Under the pieces are notes generated by a model. The model did not search any database. It was not told where the DNA came from and worked only from the letters and a program-made list of their open reading frames with translations. A stretch of DNA of 63,881 bases, counting the filler, from Octopus bimaculoides (Eukaryota), in assembly GCF_001194135.2 (NCBI RefSeq). It is 8 parts of 8 records of this genome, joined end to end, with 100 filler letters (N's around TTAATTAATTAA, not from the genome) between each part and the next. Parts side by side here need not be neighbours in the genome. Positions count along the whole stretch, not along the records: positions 1 to 6,361 come from NC_068999.1; positions 6,462 to 35,484 come from NC_068987.1; 6 more parts are not named here. One strand, written 5' to 3'. Shown in pieces: positions 1 to 12,514 of this stretch. The translations under genes and the position numbers were made by a program. Every line of letters begins with the position of its first letter. Within the stretch, counting starts at the first letter, position 1.

Positions 1-134
1 GGTTAGTAAAAATATGTTTGCGATAATGAGTGTCACGTGGTGGATATGAACACTAATACATTCGTTAATGTTTTTCAGTTGAAACACTGTGAATCATTTT
101 GGAGATTTATTGTTTTAATAGCAAGTTTTAAAAT

Positions 135-2125
135 ATGGATAATCGCATGAGAGACGCAGCACGTGAGCATCAGCGTAGAAGGAGAGAACGATTGCGCGAG
201 AACCAGCAGGAGGAAATAAGGAATAAAAATCGCGCGAGAATGAAACACAGAAGAAACGAAATGAGTCGAGAGGAGAAGGAGCGTATCCTACAGGATAGGA
301 GGAAAATAAATCAGCGAAGGATAGAACAAATGAGCCAGGACCAAAGAGATGTATATTTTCAAAATAAGAGAAATAAAGAACAGAATTGAGAACACGTATT
401 CAATAAGAAAAACACATGTTGGACACAGACAACGAGCATGCAGTATTGCCAGCAGAATGTACACTGTGAGTTCAAGATATGTTGAAAAGTTTCATTTGAA
501 GCTGTTGTTAATTCATCTTCTTGGAACCACTTCCTACGAGGAGTTAAAGATAGTAGAAGGAGAAATTTTATCATCGTTTAAAGAAGCTTGCATCAGACTA
601 AGATTATTGAAAGATGACGAAGAACTAAGAAATACTTTCAGAGAGGCAGTAGCGTTTGGAATGCCACGTCAGTTACTGAATTTGTTTGCCAAGACTTGCT
701 TATTTAACCATCCTCAAATTGCCCTTCAGTTATGGAATAATTACAAAGGAAACATGATTTGAGCATTTACTTACAGAGCACGATGCAACCACTGCCGAAA
801 ATTTGGCTTTACATTCATTCAGTGGCGTATACAGAGAACATGGAACCTCTTGCAGCACGTTTGGTTTGCCAGAACCCATTGGACAAACATTTACACAGGA
901 TAATAACGTGCTCATTAAATCTGCTAATCACGAACAGCTTCAAGTGCTACACACTATAATAGAGGCTGTTGCTGCAGTCGATAGAAGCCAACTAGAAAAT
1001 GGAAATTGTTTCTATCTAGACGCCCCCAGTGGATCTGGAAAAACATATCTTTTCAATATGTTACAACGTCATCTTACTGCTAATGAAATTACTGTAAGCA
1101 TGGCAGCATGGACAGGTATTACTGCTACATTATTGACAAATGGCAAAACTATTAACAGCATCTTTACGTTACCAGAACCACTTACCGAAAATAGTGTTTG
1201 CAATGTACCACCAAATTCAAAACACATTTATGATCACATTTATGGCATCATTTTCATCACTTTAGGTTAACTCGAAATATGAGGGTAGATATTAATGAAC
1301 AAGAATTTTCTAAGTGGCAACTTTTACTTGGAAAGTTTCTCTAAGCATTGTTCTCCAAGATGTTCCACTACATACTGTTGACGTACCTATTTCTTCTTGC
1401 TATCAAACATCATTGTTCCAGAAATTTTCAACAACTGCACGCCAGAAGAAATGGAAGAACGAGTAATTTTATCTCCTAAAAATTCTGACTGTCTTGTAAT
1501 AAATGAAAAAGTTCTTAATATTATACCAGAGGCATTTAAAACAGACTTAAGCACAGATTCAGTGTTCTGCAATAATGAAGAGGAGGTTCGGAACCATCTA
1601 TTTGAATTCATAAACTCACTCATTCCATCCAGTATGCCTCCTCATCGCCTCAACTTAAAAGTAGGGGTTATTGTAATGCTGCTAAGAAATCTTTCGATCA
1701 GTCAAGTATTATGTAATGGAACTCGCATAAAAGTGCAAAGACTTTGTGAACATTGTGTGGAGGCATCATTGGTAACAGGCTCCAACAGACGTCGGACAGT
1801 TCTAACCCCCAGAATTAAACTTAGCCCAAGTGATGCAAATATTCTATTCACACTAAACAGACTTCAGTTCCCACTTCTATTCAATGACAATTAATAAGGT
1901 TCAAGGGCAAACATTTGAAAAAGTTGAAATACATTTGCCTCAACCGGCATTTTCTCATGGCCAAATTATATGTCGCATTTTCAAGAGCAGAAGCTATGAA
2001 CAATATCAAAGTAAGAGTTATGACACTTAATCGGGACAACAGACAAGGCTAAAAACGTGGTGTGACATACACACATAATATTGTCTGCCATGAAGCACTG
2101 TGAGGAAGAACACCGTACCAGCTAG
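135..2125 (+). mobile_element. Degenerate, internally deleted Helitron (Rep/PIF1-helicase remnant)
   Basis: Frameshifted pieces carry Helitron motifs: KLLLIHLLGTTSYEEL..SSFKEAC..LRLLKDDEE (349-762), Walker A DAPSGSGKTY (~1020-1050), EFINSLIPSSMPPHRLNLKVGVIVMLLRNL..LCNGTR (1397-1894), then TINKVQGQT and FSHGQ..YVAFSR across frameshifts. A charged N-terminal ORF lies at 135-389, and a possible 3' CTAG|T end at 2122-2126. Confidence 0.9.
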
Positions 2126-2269
2126 TATCCCCACCACACCAGCCGCTCCATTATTACACATTCACATTACACTTTTAAGATCGGGAAACCAGTTAGGGCC
2201 CCGCTGGATCTCTCTCAGCATACCAACAAACTGCAAAATCACACCAGCCAGCATCACCACTACCTCCAA

Positions 2270-2274
2270 GGCCG

Positions 2275-2309
<35 letters not shown>

Positions 2310-2560
2310 TGTGTATGTATGTATGTATGTATATATGTATGTATGTATGTATGTGTTTGTGTCTGTGTTTGTCCCACCACCACCACCATTGCTTGACAAC
2401 TGATGTTGGTGCGTTTGCGTCCCTGTAATTTAGCTGTTCAGCAGAAGAATAAGCACCAGGCTTACAGCAAATAAGTCCAGGGGTCAATTTCTTCGACTAA
2501 AGAGTGGTGCTCCAGCATGGCCACCCTCAAATTATTGAAACAAGTAAAAGAATAAAAGAA
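2270..2560 (+). mobile_element. 3' half of a SINE with an internal (TA)n/(TATG)n microsatellite
   Basis: The microsatellite is followed by gtttgtccc..gcttgacaac..ctccagcatggcc..gaaacaagtaaaagaataaaag. The same body recurs at 51645-52000 and ~52810-52890. Confidence 0.7.
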
Positions 2561-2749
2561 TACCAGATAAACGTTCTGTACCACTAAACCAAGAAGGTTC
2601 TTTGAATATGTACGATGTATTCTAAAGTTAAATAGTAATTCTGTTTACGTTTGTGTAACTGAGACATTTTGGTTGGATTATATAGTCATTGGTGTTACAT
2701 TACTTTCTATATTCTGTAACTGTCACAATATACTTTTCTAGGCCTGAAC

Positions 2750-2880
2750 TTTTTACGGGGAGGGAGCCAGTTGATTAGATCGACTCCAGTACACAACTGG
2801 TGCTTAATTTATCGAACCCGAAAGCACGAAATGCAAAGTCGACCTCGGTAGAATTTGAACTCAGAACGTAAAGACACACA
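2750..2880 (-). mobile_element. SINE fragment of the family seen at 19241
   Basis: The reverse complement reads ttacgttctgagttcaaattctaccgaggtcgactttgc..ttcgataaattaagcaccagtt. Confidence 0.65.
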
Positions 2881-3584
2881 GTCATAATATACAAACATTT
2901 ATCATGGCACCAGTACATTGTTTACAGATGCTTACATTTTTTATGTTTTTCCGTGAATTATTCACGGGTCCAGCTAGTTAAAAATTATTATGATTAATTA
3001 AAAACCTTATTGTATCTTCACCCTTTCTCCGACTAAAACCTGTTGGCGTAATCCGCTATTATTTTTTAATTTTCTGTTATTTAACCATCCCTACCACCAG
3101 CGTACAATGGATTAACCCACCAAATACTATTTAAAATTTAGCCATTTGATTAACGTCACAAGCAAAATGGTATGATTATAGCCATATTCAACTTTTCCTT
3201 TTTCTTCTCTAGGCTCTCCTTTTCTATTTATTCTTCCCTCTGATGAAGCTCCATATTTCAGATCGGTTTTATTACCAAATATGATAAATATTTTTAGCAT
3301 ATCAATGGCAATACCATACAACATTTGAAGCAGAAACAGCTGTTAGATGGGATGCAGTCTATTTGTATTGAATTAATAAATAATAATTGATGTAAGTCAA
3401 TTGTTGTTCAATATTTTTCCATTTCCTGTTTTCTTTATGTATATTTATATATAGGCATGTAAAGGCAGAATTAATTCTGTCATGTCCTGCGAAGGACTCT
3501 GCAAAACATGAATTTTCCACTTTCACGATAAGTTCAATGTACTTTTTTCCGATTTTACTGGATATTTTATGTCTTGTCGACGCA

Positions 3585-3659
3585 ACACACACACACACGC
3601 ACTCGCACACACACACACACACATACATGTATATATACATGTAGACGCATATATGTGAG

Positions 3660-3691
<32 letters not shown>

Positions 3692-3713
3692 TGTGTATAT
3701 ATATACATACATG

Positions 3714-3764
<51 letters not shown>

Positions 3765-3765
3765 A
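3585..3765. repeat. Compound (CA)n/(TA)n microsatellite
   Basis: Seen directly. It is representative of dozens of similar tracts, most of which flank N gaps. Confidence 0.95.
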
Positions 3766-5977
3766 CACCAAGTAGCTATTTAACTTGCTTTATGATCGCG
3801 TGTGCGTATGCTTACATTGTCGTTGATGCTTGTATGAGCGAGTATACACGCGCCATGCAGTTTGCGCGAGGGCATTTATATATCCATATCTATTAAGTAT
3901 TTTTAATACTTTTCTCGCTGTATTGCGTGTTCGTTTCTTTTTTGCATCTGTGATTTTATTTTTGATCTTCTATATAAATGAAGATATTTCTTTTGTTTAG
4001 CTGCTTTTCTTTCAATGAAATAAGAAGATTGTGGAACTGTTATTTTAACGAGTTGTATCTATCGATGCTAGATGTGTCGAAACAATTGTCGTGATACCAT
4101 ATATATATATACTTATATAGTAATACAAAAAGGTAATACAATGTTAAATTAATATATTAATATATATATATATTAAATATATTATAGCATAAGTGGCTCG
4201 CTAGCAATTAAAAACCCAAAATGAATTAATAAATAAAGGGTGCAAAATAGCACCAACGATTGCTAAAAATAAGAGTCAAAAATAACTCTAAACGCTACAG
4301 AAAACACTAACCTCATTATATTTACATAAATATGATGAGATTAGTGTTTTTGTGGTTTTTAGAGTTAATTTTAACTCTTATTTTTAGCAATCGCTGGTGC
4401 TATTTTGCACTCTTTATCTATCTATATATGTATATATATATATATATATNNNNNNNNNNNNNNNNNNNNNNNNNNNNNNNNNNNNNNNNNNNNNNNNNNN
4501 NNNNNNNNNNNNNNNNNNNNNNNNNNNNNNNNNNNNNNNNNNNNNNNNNNNNNNNNNNNNNNNNNNNNNNNNNNNNNNNNNNNNNNNNNNNNNNNNNNNN
4601 NNNNNNNNNNNNNNNNNNNNNNNNNNNNNNNNNNNNNNNNNNNNNNNNNNNNNNNNNNNNNNNNNNNNNNNNNNNNNNNNNNNNNNNNNNNNNNNNNNNN
4701 NNNNNNNNNNNNNNNNNNNNNNNNNNNNNNNNNNNNNNNNNNNNNNNNNNNNNNNNNNNNNNNNNNNNNNNNNNNNNNNNNNNNNNNNNNNNNNNNNNNN
4801 NNNNNNNNNNNNNNNNNNNNNNNNNNNNNNNNNNNNNNNNNNNNNNNNNNNNNNNNNNNNNNNNNNNNNNNNNNNNNNNNNNNNNNNNNNNNNNNNNNNN
4901 NNNNNNNNNNNNNNNNNNNNNNNNNNNNNNNNNNNNNNNNNNNNNNNNNNNNNNNNNNNNNNNNNNNNNNNNNNNNNNNNNNNNNNNNNNNNNNNNNNNN
5001 NNNNNNNNNNNNNNNNNNNNNNNNNNNNNNNNNNNNNNNNNNNNNNNNNNNNNNNNNNNNNNNNNNNNNNNNNNNNNNNNNNNNNNNNNNNNNNNNNNNN
5101 NNNNNNNNNNNNNNNNNNNNNNNNNNNNNNNNNNNNNNNNNNNNNNNNNNNNNNNNNNNNNNNNNNNNNNNNNNNNNNNNNNNNNNNNNNNNNNNNNNNN
5201 NNNNNNNNNNNNNNNNNNNNNNNNNNNNNNNNNNNNNNNNNNNNNNNNNNNNNNNATATATATATGGCATGACCATGGCATAAGCAATATTTGAGCCAGA
5301 GATATGAATGGTCAGAAATTCTAATTTTGAGATAAAAATAGAAGAATCACCAACATGAACCAGTAGTATATCGAGGGTGATTCTACATGTATTTGACAAC
5401 AAATCCAATCTCAAAAACCGAATATACAAACAGAAAATGATATCCATCTTGAGTGTATTCAAAATAGATGGTTACGTATGATATATAAAGAAAAGAATGG
5501 CGAAAAGTTTCAGTGGAAACAATATAGAGCAAGTAGGTATTAAATAGAGATTAAACAATGCCATTATCGATTTGACACTGTATTCTTTATCACAGTCGGA
5601 TATGGTTATTGGATTTCCAAAGATCGATCGCTTTCGGAAATTGCATTCATATTAAACACCTGCAATCACTCGAAACTGAGTTTCTCAATTGTATGATTGT
5701 ATGAACATCGAGCTGGCATAAATCAGAGGCACGTCTGTATACTGCCTGTCTATTCATATGTGTCTCTATGTGTGAAGGTATATATGTATATGCATGTGTA
5801 TGTATGTATGTATTTATATATATGTGTGTGTATATATACGTTAAATTTATGCATATATATATATATTTATGTTATATTTATACATATATGTTATATATAT
5901 ACGCATATTTGTATGTGTTTTGTATACATACATATGTACACATATACGTAAATGTATGTATATATAGNNNNNNNNNN

Positions 5978-6297
5978 ATTTATTTAAGCAACGTGAGCAT
6001 TACATTAAATGTAAAATGCAGAGCAATGCTCAGCTGCACCAAGACATAGAAATTTACTGAAATTTCATTTCGACAGAAGGACATGTTATTGTAACTACAT
6101 TTAAACACTCCTGTATGGTCTGCCTAAGTCAAAATGTTTTTTTTGTACTCTGCCTTTCCACTTGGAGTGTTTAAATGTATTTACAATAACATGTCCTTCT
6201 GTCGAAATGAAATTTCAGTAAATTTCTATGTCTTGGTGCAGCTGAAGAGTGCTCTGCATTTTACATTTAATGTAATGCTCACATTGCTTAAATAAAT
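5978..6297. mobile_element. MITE/foldback with ~134-bp inverted arms
   Basis: 5978-6111 is the near-perfect reverse complement of 6164-6297 (only a handful of mismatches), with a ~52-nt spacer. Confidence 0.85.
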
Positions 6298-6405
6298 GGA
6301 GTCGCATGAAACGATCGTATTGCATTAACCTTGAATATCTTTGTTACTTATTTTGATATATNNNNNNNNNNNNNNNNNNNNNNNNNNNNNNNNNNNNNNN
6401 NNNNN

Positions 6406-6417
6406 TTAATTAATTAA
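6406..6417. other. Artificial scaffold-join spacer 44N-TTAATTAATTAA-44N; also at 35529, 43482, 51225, 52747, 54894 and 62686
   Basis: An identical 100-bp construct occurs seven times. The 12-mer puts stop codons in all six frames. Confidence 0.95.
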
Positions 6418-6474
6418 NNNNNNNNNNNNNNNNNNNNNNNNNNNNNNNNNNNNNNNNNNNNTATATATATATAT

Positions 6475-6660
6475 AGGTCCCAAAAAACAATAACAAAAAA
6501 ACAACTAAGTGAGGACGTGATACGGATAGTGTTATTGGACGCTCGGGAAAGGAAAGAGAGAGCGTATGACGTTTCGGGCGTAGTCCTTCGTCGGAAAGAT
6601 GGAAAGTTCGGAGAATGGAAAAACGGAGAAAGAGGAAAATGGTACCGATGCCCACGATGT
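6475..6660 (-). mobile_element. Probable Penelope-like element terminal (pLTR) fragment with a degenerate hammerhead motif
   Basis: The minus strand reads CCGACGA-AGGACTACGCCC-GAAACGTC (6594-6568), the CUGANGA..GAAAC-GUC layout typical of PLE ends. Confidence 0.5.
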
Positions 6661-9539
6661 TACATATATATATATGTATGTATGTATGTATTATATATGC
6701 ACATACATATATATATATATATGTGTGTGTGTGTATGTATGTATGTATGTATGTATGTATGTATGTATGTATGTATGTATGTATGTATATATTGTTTGGT
6801 TTTAAAATAGGAATGATACTTGTAATCAATGGAGAACCAGTTCAACAAATATAGAATCATTGTTATTGATTTTCTTGCTAATGTTGTGTTGACTAAGATT
6901 AAACCTGTTAAGCTTGATCCAGCAGAATTATGACGTGCATGTCGATCGAACAGCAAGATGTGATCCACATGTCTTTTGAATCAGGAATAGCATATATTTG
7001 ACACATGAAACATTATTTGATATACTTCAACAATGTGTAGGTTGATAAATCAGGCAGAGAAACACAGGTATTAAGTGTGTATCTCAGCGTTTCTCAATCG
7101 ATGTTCTTCGAAATCCAAGAGTTTCCTAACAGGTCGTTATGGATTCCGAGAGAAATAGTGATAAATAGGATACTTGCGAGCGGATCTTTATGTTACTGTT
7201 TTATTTAATTTTATACCCGTGATTTTTTTATACATGCTATATAATAGTAATATTGGCTGGTAGTAATGATCATAGATAATTAGAAGAGTCTACTGGATAA
7301 TGACCTGTGGAAATGTAAGAAGGGAATTGTAATGGAACTTAATTTTTAAAAAAGGCCTTGGTTAAGATGAAATTTCTAAAATCTCTTTCGTGTCAGCTGA
7401 TGGATTAAGCCCTGACAAACATTTCAAGGTCACTTCTATGATTTGTTTAATGTCTTAGAAAATTTCGCTTTACGGAAGCGAACGAAAATTTAGTACCTTT
7501 TAAGTAGCAGCTTCTTACAAGTCTGGAATATATTTTAAGGTTTCCCCAAGAATAATAAATTTGGGAAACATTAATGGAACCTATCGGACACGTTTGTTCT
7601 TTTTTTTTTTTCTCTCCTGTCCAGAATATTTGTGTGTTCAAGTTACGTCATTTTTGTGTAGATCAAGGTAAGCTCAGGAGAACTTCAACTATAATGAAAA
7701 ACCTTCCGGAAGTAACCATTCTTGTATTCGTTCAAACATAGTATAGTATTCAGGACTGCATACTCAGATGTTTTCAAGGCGAAAGAGCTTGACTTGGCGA
7801 AGGGAGATGTGTTATTTCTAAGAGAGCAATTGACTAAATAGATGCTGTCTTGTTAACCGATATATCAGTAGAGTACGGTTGGCCAATTTGCTTTCTTCAT
7901 AGATATGAAGAAAGTACGATTCCAGATAAGCCACCTATGCCTGAAAACCTCTCAGTCAACTTGAATGGGTCATGATACCACAAAACTTGACTTTAAAATG
8001 ATTTAACAGAATTTATCATATAGTGCTGTTAAGCTAAACTTGATCTGGGCCAAATTTTGGCCGAAACATATCTATGTTTTTGAGGCGTTGTTCTCACCAT
8101 TGTTATGCTTCATTTGCAGTATTGTTAGAGGATTGGTCAATATTTGTTGAAGCTGTTCCAGTTAAGTGCCAAGGAAGAATGGAGAAATTATTGTTATCTA
8201 CCCTTTAATAGTTGGAGGAATAGGGCAGAAAACTACCTTTCTATTCTACCATAGTATTTCGATGACCAATACACAGTGCTTGTACATGAAGTCATTCGAA
8301 TATTGTTCGTTAAATTAATTGCAGGGAAAGCAAAAGAACAGTAGATACAGTGAAATGATTATTTCTGTCAAGTTTGCTTGATTTATTAAAAGATAAGCTT
8401 ACTAAAGTATATTTGCTATATTTTATATTCACATTCTACATTTGTTATTGGGGTTTATAAAAATCGTATTACGACTTTTGGAAGGAAGTAAGAAATGCGT
8501 TTTGAAAATAATTCATCAAATTTTGAAACATTTTCTGCTTCCTTAGATTTAATCAATAATCCATCATACATTTCCTAATCTAGACAAATTTAATTTTTAT
8601 CGAATGTCAAATCTTCGGTAAAAATTATTAAATTATGAACTAAACGAAATTAAATTGGTAAAAATTATACACTCAGTAAACACATTGTTATACGCTGATT
8701 AAAAGCAGATATGCAGCTGCATAAAAGTTATATATGCACCTGCATAAAACTTGTGCATGCAACTGAATAAAGCATCGTATTCTGTGCATTTCAGGAAACA
8801 AAAGTGTCATTCAAAATAAACATTTTACATTTATTTACATTTCTATCATTGATGTTTTTGTTTTCAATCTATTTTCGCGAGACAATGAGGTTTTCAAGAT
8901 TTTCTATAATGTTGCAAGAAGCGGATTATTACTGGCGTCAAGAGGCCTTAGAAGAATGGCAATGATCGGTTTATCACGTGTGTCTGTCAGAAAGATAAAG
9001 CTGCAGACGACGGGAACTGCGATGGAGTTTCGGATGTGGTGGTAGATTTTTGTGTGTGTGAACGCCTTTTTCTAATACCAAGGAGGAAGAAGCGTGATAT
9101 GGCAATATGGTGTGAGAAACACAATATAGCATATCTTGTCGAACTAACTGTTCAAAGCGAGGACAATTATAGATGTAGCTCAGATTAGGAAAGGCGATCG
9201 GTATGAGAGCACATTTTCCACTAGAATTTCAATGTAAAAGTTTCATTGGAACCAGGCATAGAAAATGGTAGTTATCAATTATTGTTAAGCAAATACCATT
9301 TTGAAAGAAATTCAATCGAAAATTGAGAGAGCCAGCCATTGGATATGGGTGGAAAGGGATGAGGAAACTTGGTTATAGAAGTGATTTTTAAGTGTATAGC
9401 AGGACCTGTTTGCCTCTATTGCAAATCAGACCCACATGACTGACTTCACAATTTAAATGGTGCTGATGATGCAACATTGTTTTAACGTAAGGGTATTCTG
9501 TAAAGGAATACATCATCATCAACAACTTCTGGACATTAT

Positions 9540-9820
9540 TCTCTCTCGAGCCATGGGACTCATACTATCGGTAACTTAGTTTCCATGGTACATAAGGAAC
9601 TGTGAATTGACCGAGGTCTATTCGACACTCAATAATGTCATAAGTTTACTCATGTGGATTGCACATAATCATCACACCAGTCTCTTGCCACTGAGTTGAC
9701 TGGAGCAAAGTGAAATGAAGTGTTTTACTCAAGAACACAACGCACGGCTCGACCCAGGAATCGAAACCACGATCTTACGATCGCGAGTCCAACACCCTAA
9801 CCACAAGACCACGCGCTTTC
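9540..9820 (-). mobile_element. tRNA-derived SINE
   Basis: The minus strand has a tRNA-like head gtggtcttgtggttagggtgttggactcgcgatcgtaagatcgtggtttcgattcc followed by gcgttgtgttcttgagtaaaacac. Related copies lie at 17385-17645, 23020-23120 and 40500-40730. Confidence 0.75.
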
Positions 9821-11242
9821 AAAAAAAAGGGTGCATAAAAAGAAATACCACTGCAGGACGATAACTCAGAAACGTATATTCGGTTGCTATTCGTGTGTAC
9901 AAATGAAATCTGTAAAAATCACAGTCCAGGTTACTTCGCAGATATAGATTACCAGACGACCATAATCTTCGTGGAGAGGAACTCTGACATAACAGACGAT
10001 ATTTATTGTTTCATTGTGGGAATTTCTTATTTATTTCAGAGATCGTCGGAGGTCAGTTTCACTTTATTAGTCAAACGGCAAGTACCGCAATTAGATTCAC
10101 TTTCACTGTACGTTGCTTTAAATAGCAATAACAGCATTTTCTGTAACAGCAGAACATATAACGCATATGAGATTTATGACAGCCTTGTTTTGGACTCCAA
10201 TATCTTTGAAAGAAATCACCCCAAACTTTAAAGAAGTAAAATCTAGGTGCTGGAAATAGCAGCTAATTCTCTCTCAAATCACATCATATCGTCTTAAAAA
10301 ACTGAAACATTGGAAAATATAATCCCGTGTATAGAAATTGGCAACGTGGACAAAGTTCTTATGGTTTTAATTAGTGTAACTATGGAAACATGATCTGGAG
10401 GTAAGACACTACTACCACAAAACGGTGCACTTCGTATCATCATAAACTGCGAAGAGACGACGTCTACAAAACAACTACGCAACGAAAGGAATATACTTTC
10501 AAGCTAAAACAAAAATGCAACACTTAAACATGCACGGAATATCCTGTGCCAATATGCTGCCTCCAGCATCTTTCACTTTTCAGGTATACCCTCTCTTCCG
10601 ATAATTTTTTAGCCGCGTCCGCTCTTCTGTTACCTTTGTGGTTTCCTCAGGGAAACCACAAGGGAAGCAGACATTGTTGGTTTTGACTTCTCATCGATGC
10701 TTCTGTAACTTTGCTCTTTTTTCAGGCAAGGATTTTAGCCCTACACAGACCCACTTTTATCTTTGGAAAGAGGTGGCCCATATTAGTCTAGCGTCTATCT
10801 TTTAACCCCTGCAACGTGGGAGACATAACCAGGAGCTTGCGCTCTTCAGAGTTATTGAGACCCACAAAGTAACACACCGCAACAAGGACTTGATCTTGTG
10901 GTAGTCATGTATGTTAGACATACCCTAAAAGGACTGGTGGCCATATATGGAATGATTTTATCTATAAGTCTCCTTCATTATCGCTAACTTAAGGCTAAAC
11001 AACAAAAACAACAACAATTTCTACTAATAGCTACTAATAAACTGGCAAAGCAATTGAAATTACTACATCTCCGTCTTTGCTATAAACATAACTTCAACCT
11101 TTACTTTTATCGCTAAAAATAACTGCCAGGTCCACCCTCGTAACGCAAGCTAACGTTTTAGAAAAACGGCACATTGGACAGTGTAGACGTGGTTGACTCG
11201 TGTCAAAATAAATAACAGATTATCCATAGCTGGAATCTACGC

Positions 11243-11243
<1 letters not shown>

Positions 11244-11294
<51 letters not shown>

Positions 11295-11303
11295 GGTGGT
11301 GGT
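11244..11303. repeat. (GTA)n(GTG)n trinucleotide microsatellite
   Basis: Seen directly. Confidence 0.95.
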
Positions 11304-12387
11304 CATCAGCAGGAGCTGCAGCAGTAGCAACAACAGCTTTCTATTGATTATATACAGCCTCGTATTGGAGGGGCAATAGAAATTTTAATCAGACTCTGTA
11401 TTACATTCGTTCTTATGTTGTGAATGCATTGATTTCTGAAATTCTCAAAGTCATTCTCACCAGTGAATGTTCTTTTAATCCGTTTTTATATCATCTCTAG
11501 AATTTCTTTAGAAAATTTCCCATGAATAATATTCCAAAGAAGGAGAAAAAATAAACTCTGCTTCTTCGAAGTCACTTGGGGGTTCTGTGTATGTATGACA
11601 GCCAGATTATTTCACTACATTTAATGGCTGATATGAAAGAGAAAGAAAATAAGAAAAGATCTCATAAATATCTTGCATGCATAAATGTAGTGTAGCTGCT
11701 TTTTCCAATACATATTACAAGAAACATACCTTGTGTGTATATCATTATCCTTTATATAAGATTTCAAGCTGATGTAAAAGTGTACTATTATGTTATAAGC
11801 AATTTCGTAATAACACATTAAAATGGTAAGTCGATGAGAAGATGTTTAAAATGGTGCAATGCCACTAGAATAAAAGCATAGCGTTAATGAGTAAAGTCTC
11901 TGTGTATTCTGGGTTCATATCTTGATTGGAGAAAGAAAAATATTTGATGCTGGGGCTTAGACTCAGATCAACCCTGATCGAAGGGAATTATAACGAAAAG
12001 CGTTTCAACTGTTATTATCCAATCAAATCTTAAATATTTAGGACTACATTATTCTATGATCAATTTTATAAAAAACAATAGAGTGTGATTTGAAGAGATT
12101 TAGCTGCTATTTCTAAGACGTCGTGCAAGTTGAAGTTTCTTCATCGGTTAGTTATGGACTGTAGTACGTTTTATCTGAGATACGGACCTCCACTACAAAT
12201 TCGTAGTTTTGAGTCAATACAATAATTCACTTTCCTTATTCAGTGCTGAAAGAACAAGGTTCCGCTCATTACTCACTCTAAAACTTGAACATTGTGTTCC
12301 ATTTTCCAGCAAAACCAATTAGGGAACCGAGTTAACATGCGAGTTAATTTTGTTTCCGAAAATGCTTCCACTTATATTAGTATTATA

Positions 12388-12514
12388 CAGGGTGCCCACA
12401 AGGTCTGGGTACATGGAGTAAATAAAATCATAACATAAACAATTAAATATAAGAAATAATAATTTCTTAAAGTATGTGTTGATCCCCATGTACCCAGACT
12501 TTGTGGACACCTTG
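12388..12514. mobile_element. 127-bp Tc1/mariner-type MITE
   Basis: ~30-bp TIRs (cagggtgcccacaaggtctgggtacatgg / ccatgtacccagactttgtggacaccttg) flanked by TA on both sides (12386-87, 12515-16). Confidence 0.85.

Noticed and set aside
2100-3783. ORFs rich in YI/HT/CV/IY repeats here and throughout the window
   Set aside because: They are translations of (TA)n, (CA)n and (TATG)n microsatellites.
4332-5462. Long ORFs of 120-350 aa spanning N runs (also ~17850-18745, 23550-24110, 32230-33190, 33900-34765, 36370-37110, 38780-39730)
   Set aside because: They consist of X from assembly gaps plus microsatellite translations and have no coding evidence.
6406-6417. Recurrent TTAATTAATTAA motif as a possible biological element
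   Set aside because: It is always centred in exactly 44+44 Ns, so it is an assembly spacer.
10620-10900. Possible second HERO-like 3' remnant
   Set aside because: Only faint motif traces remain, too decayed to support a call.
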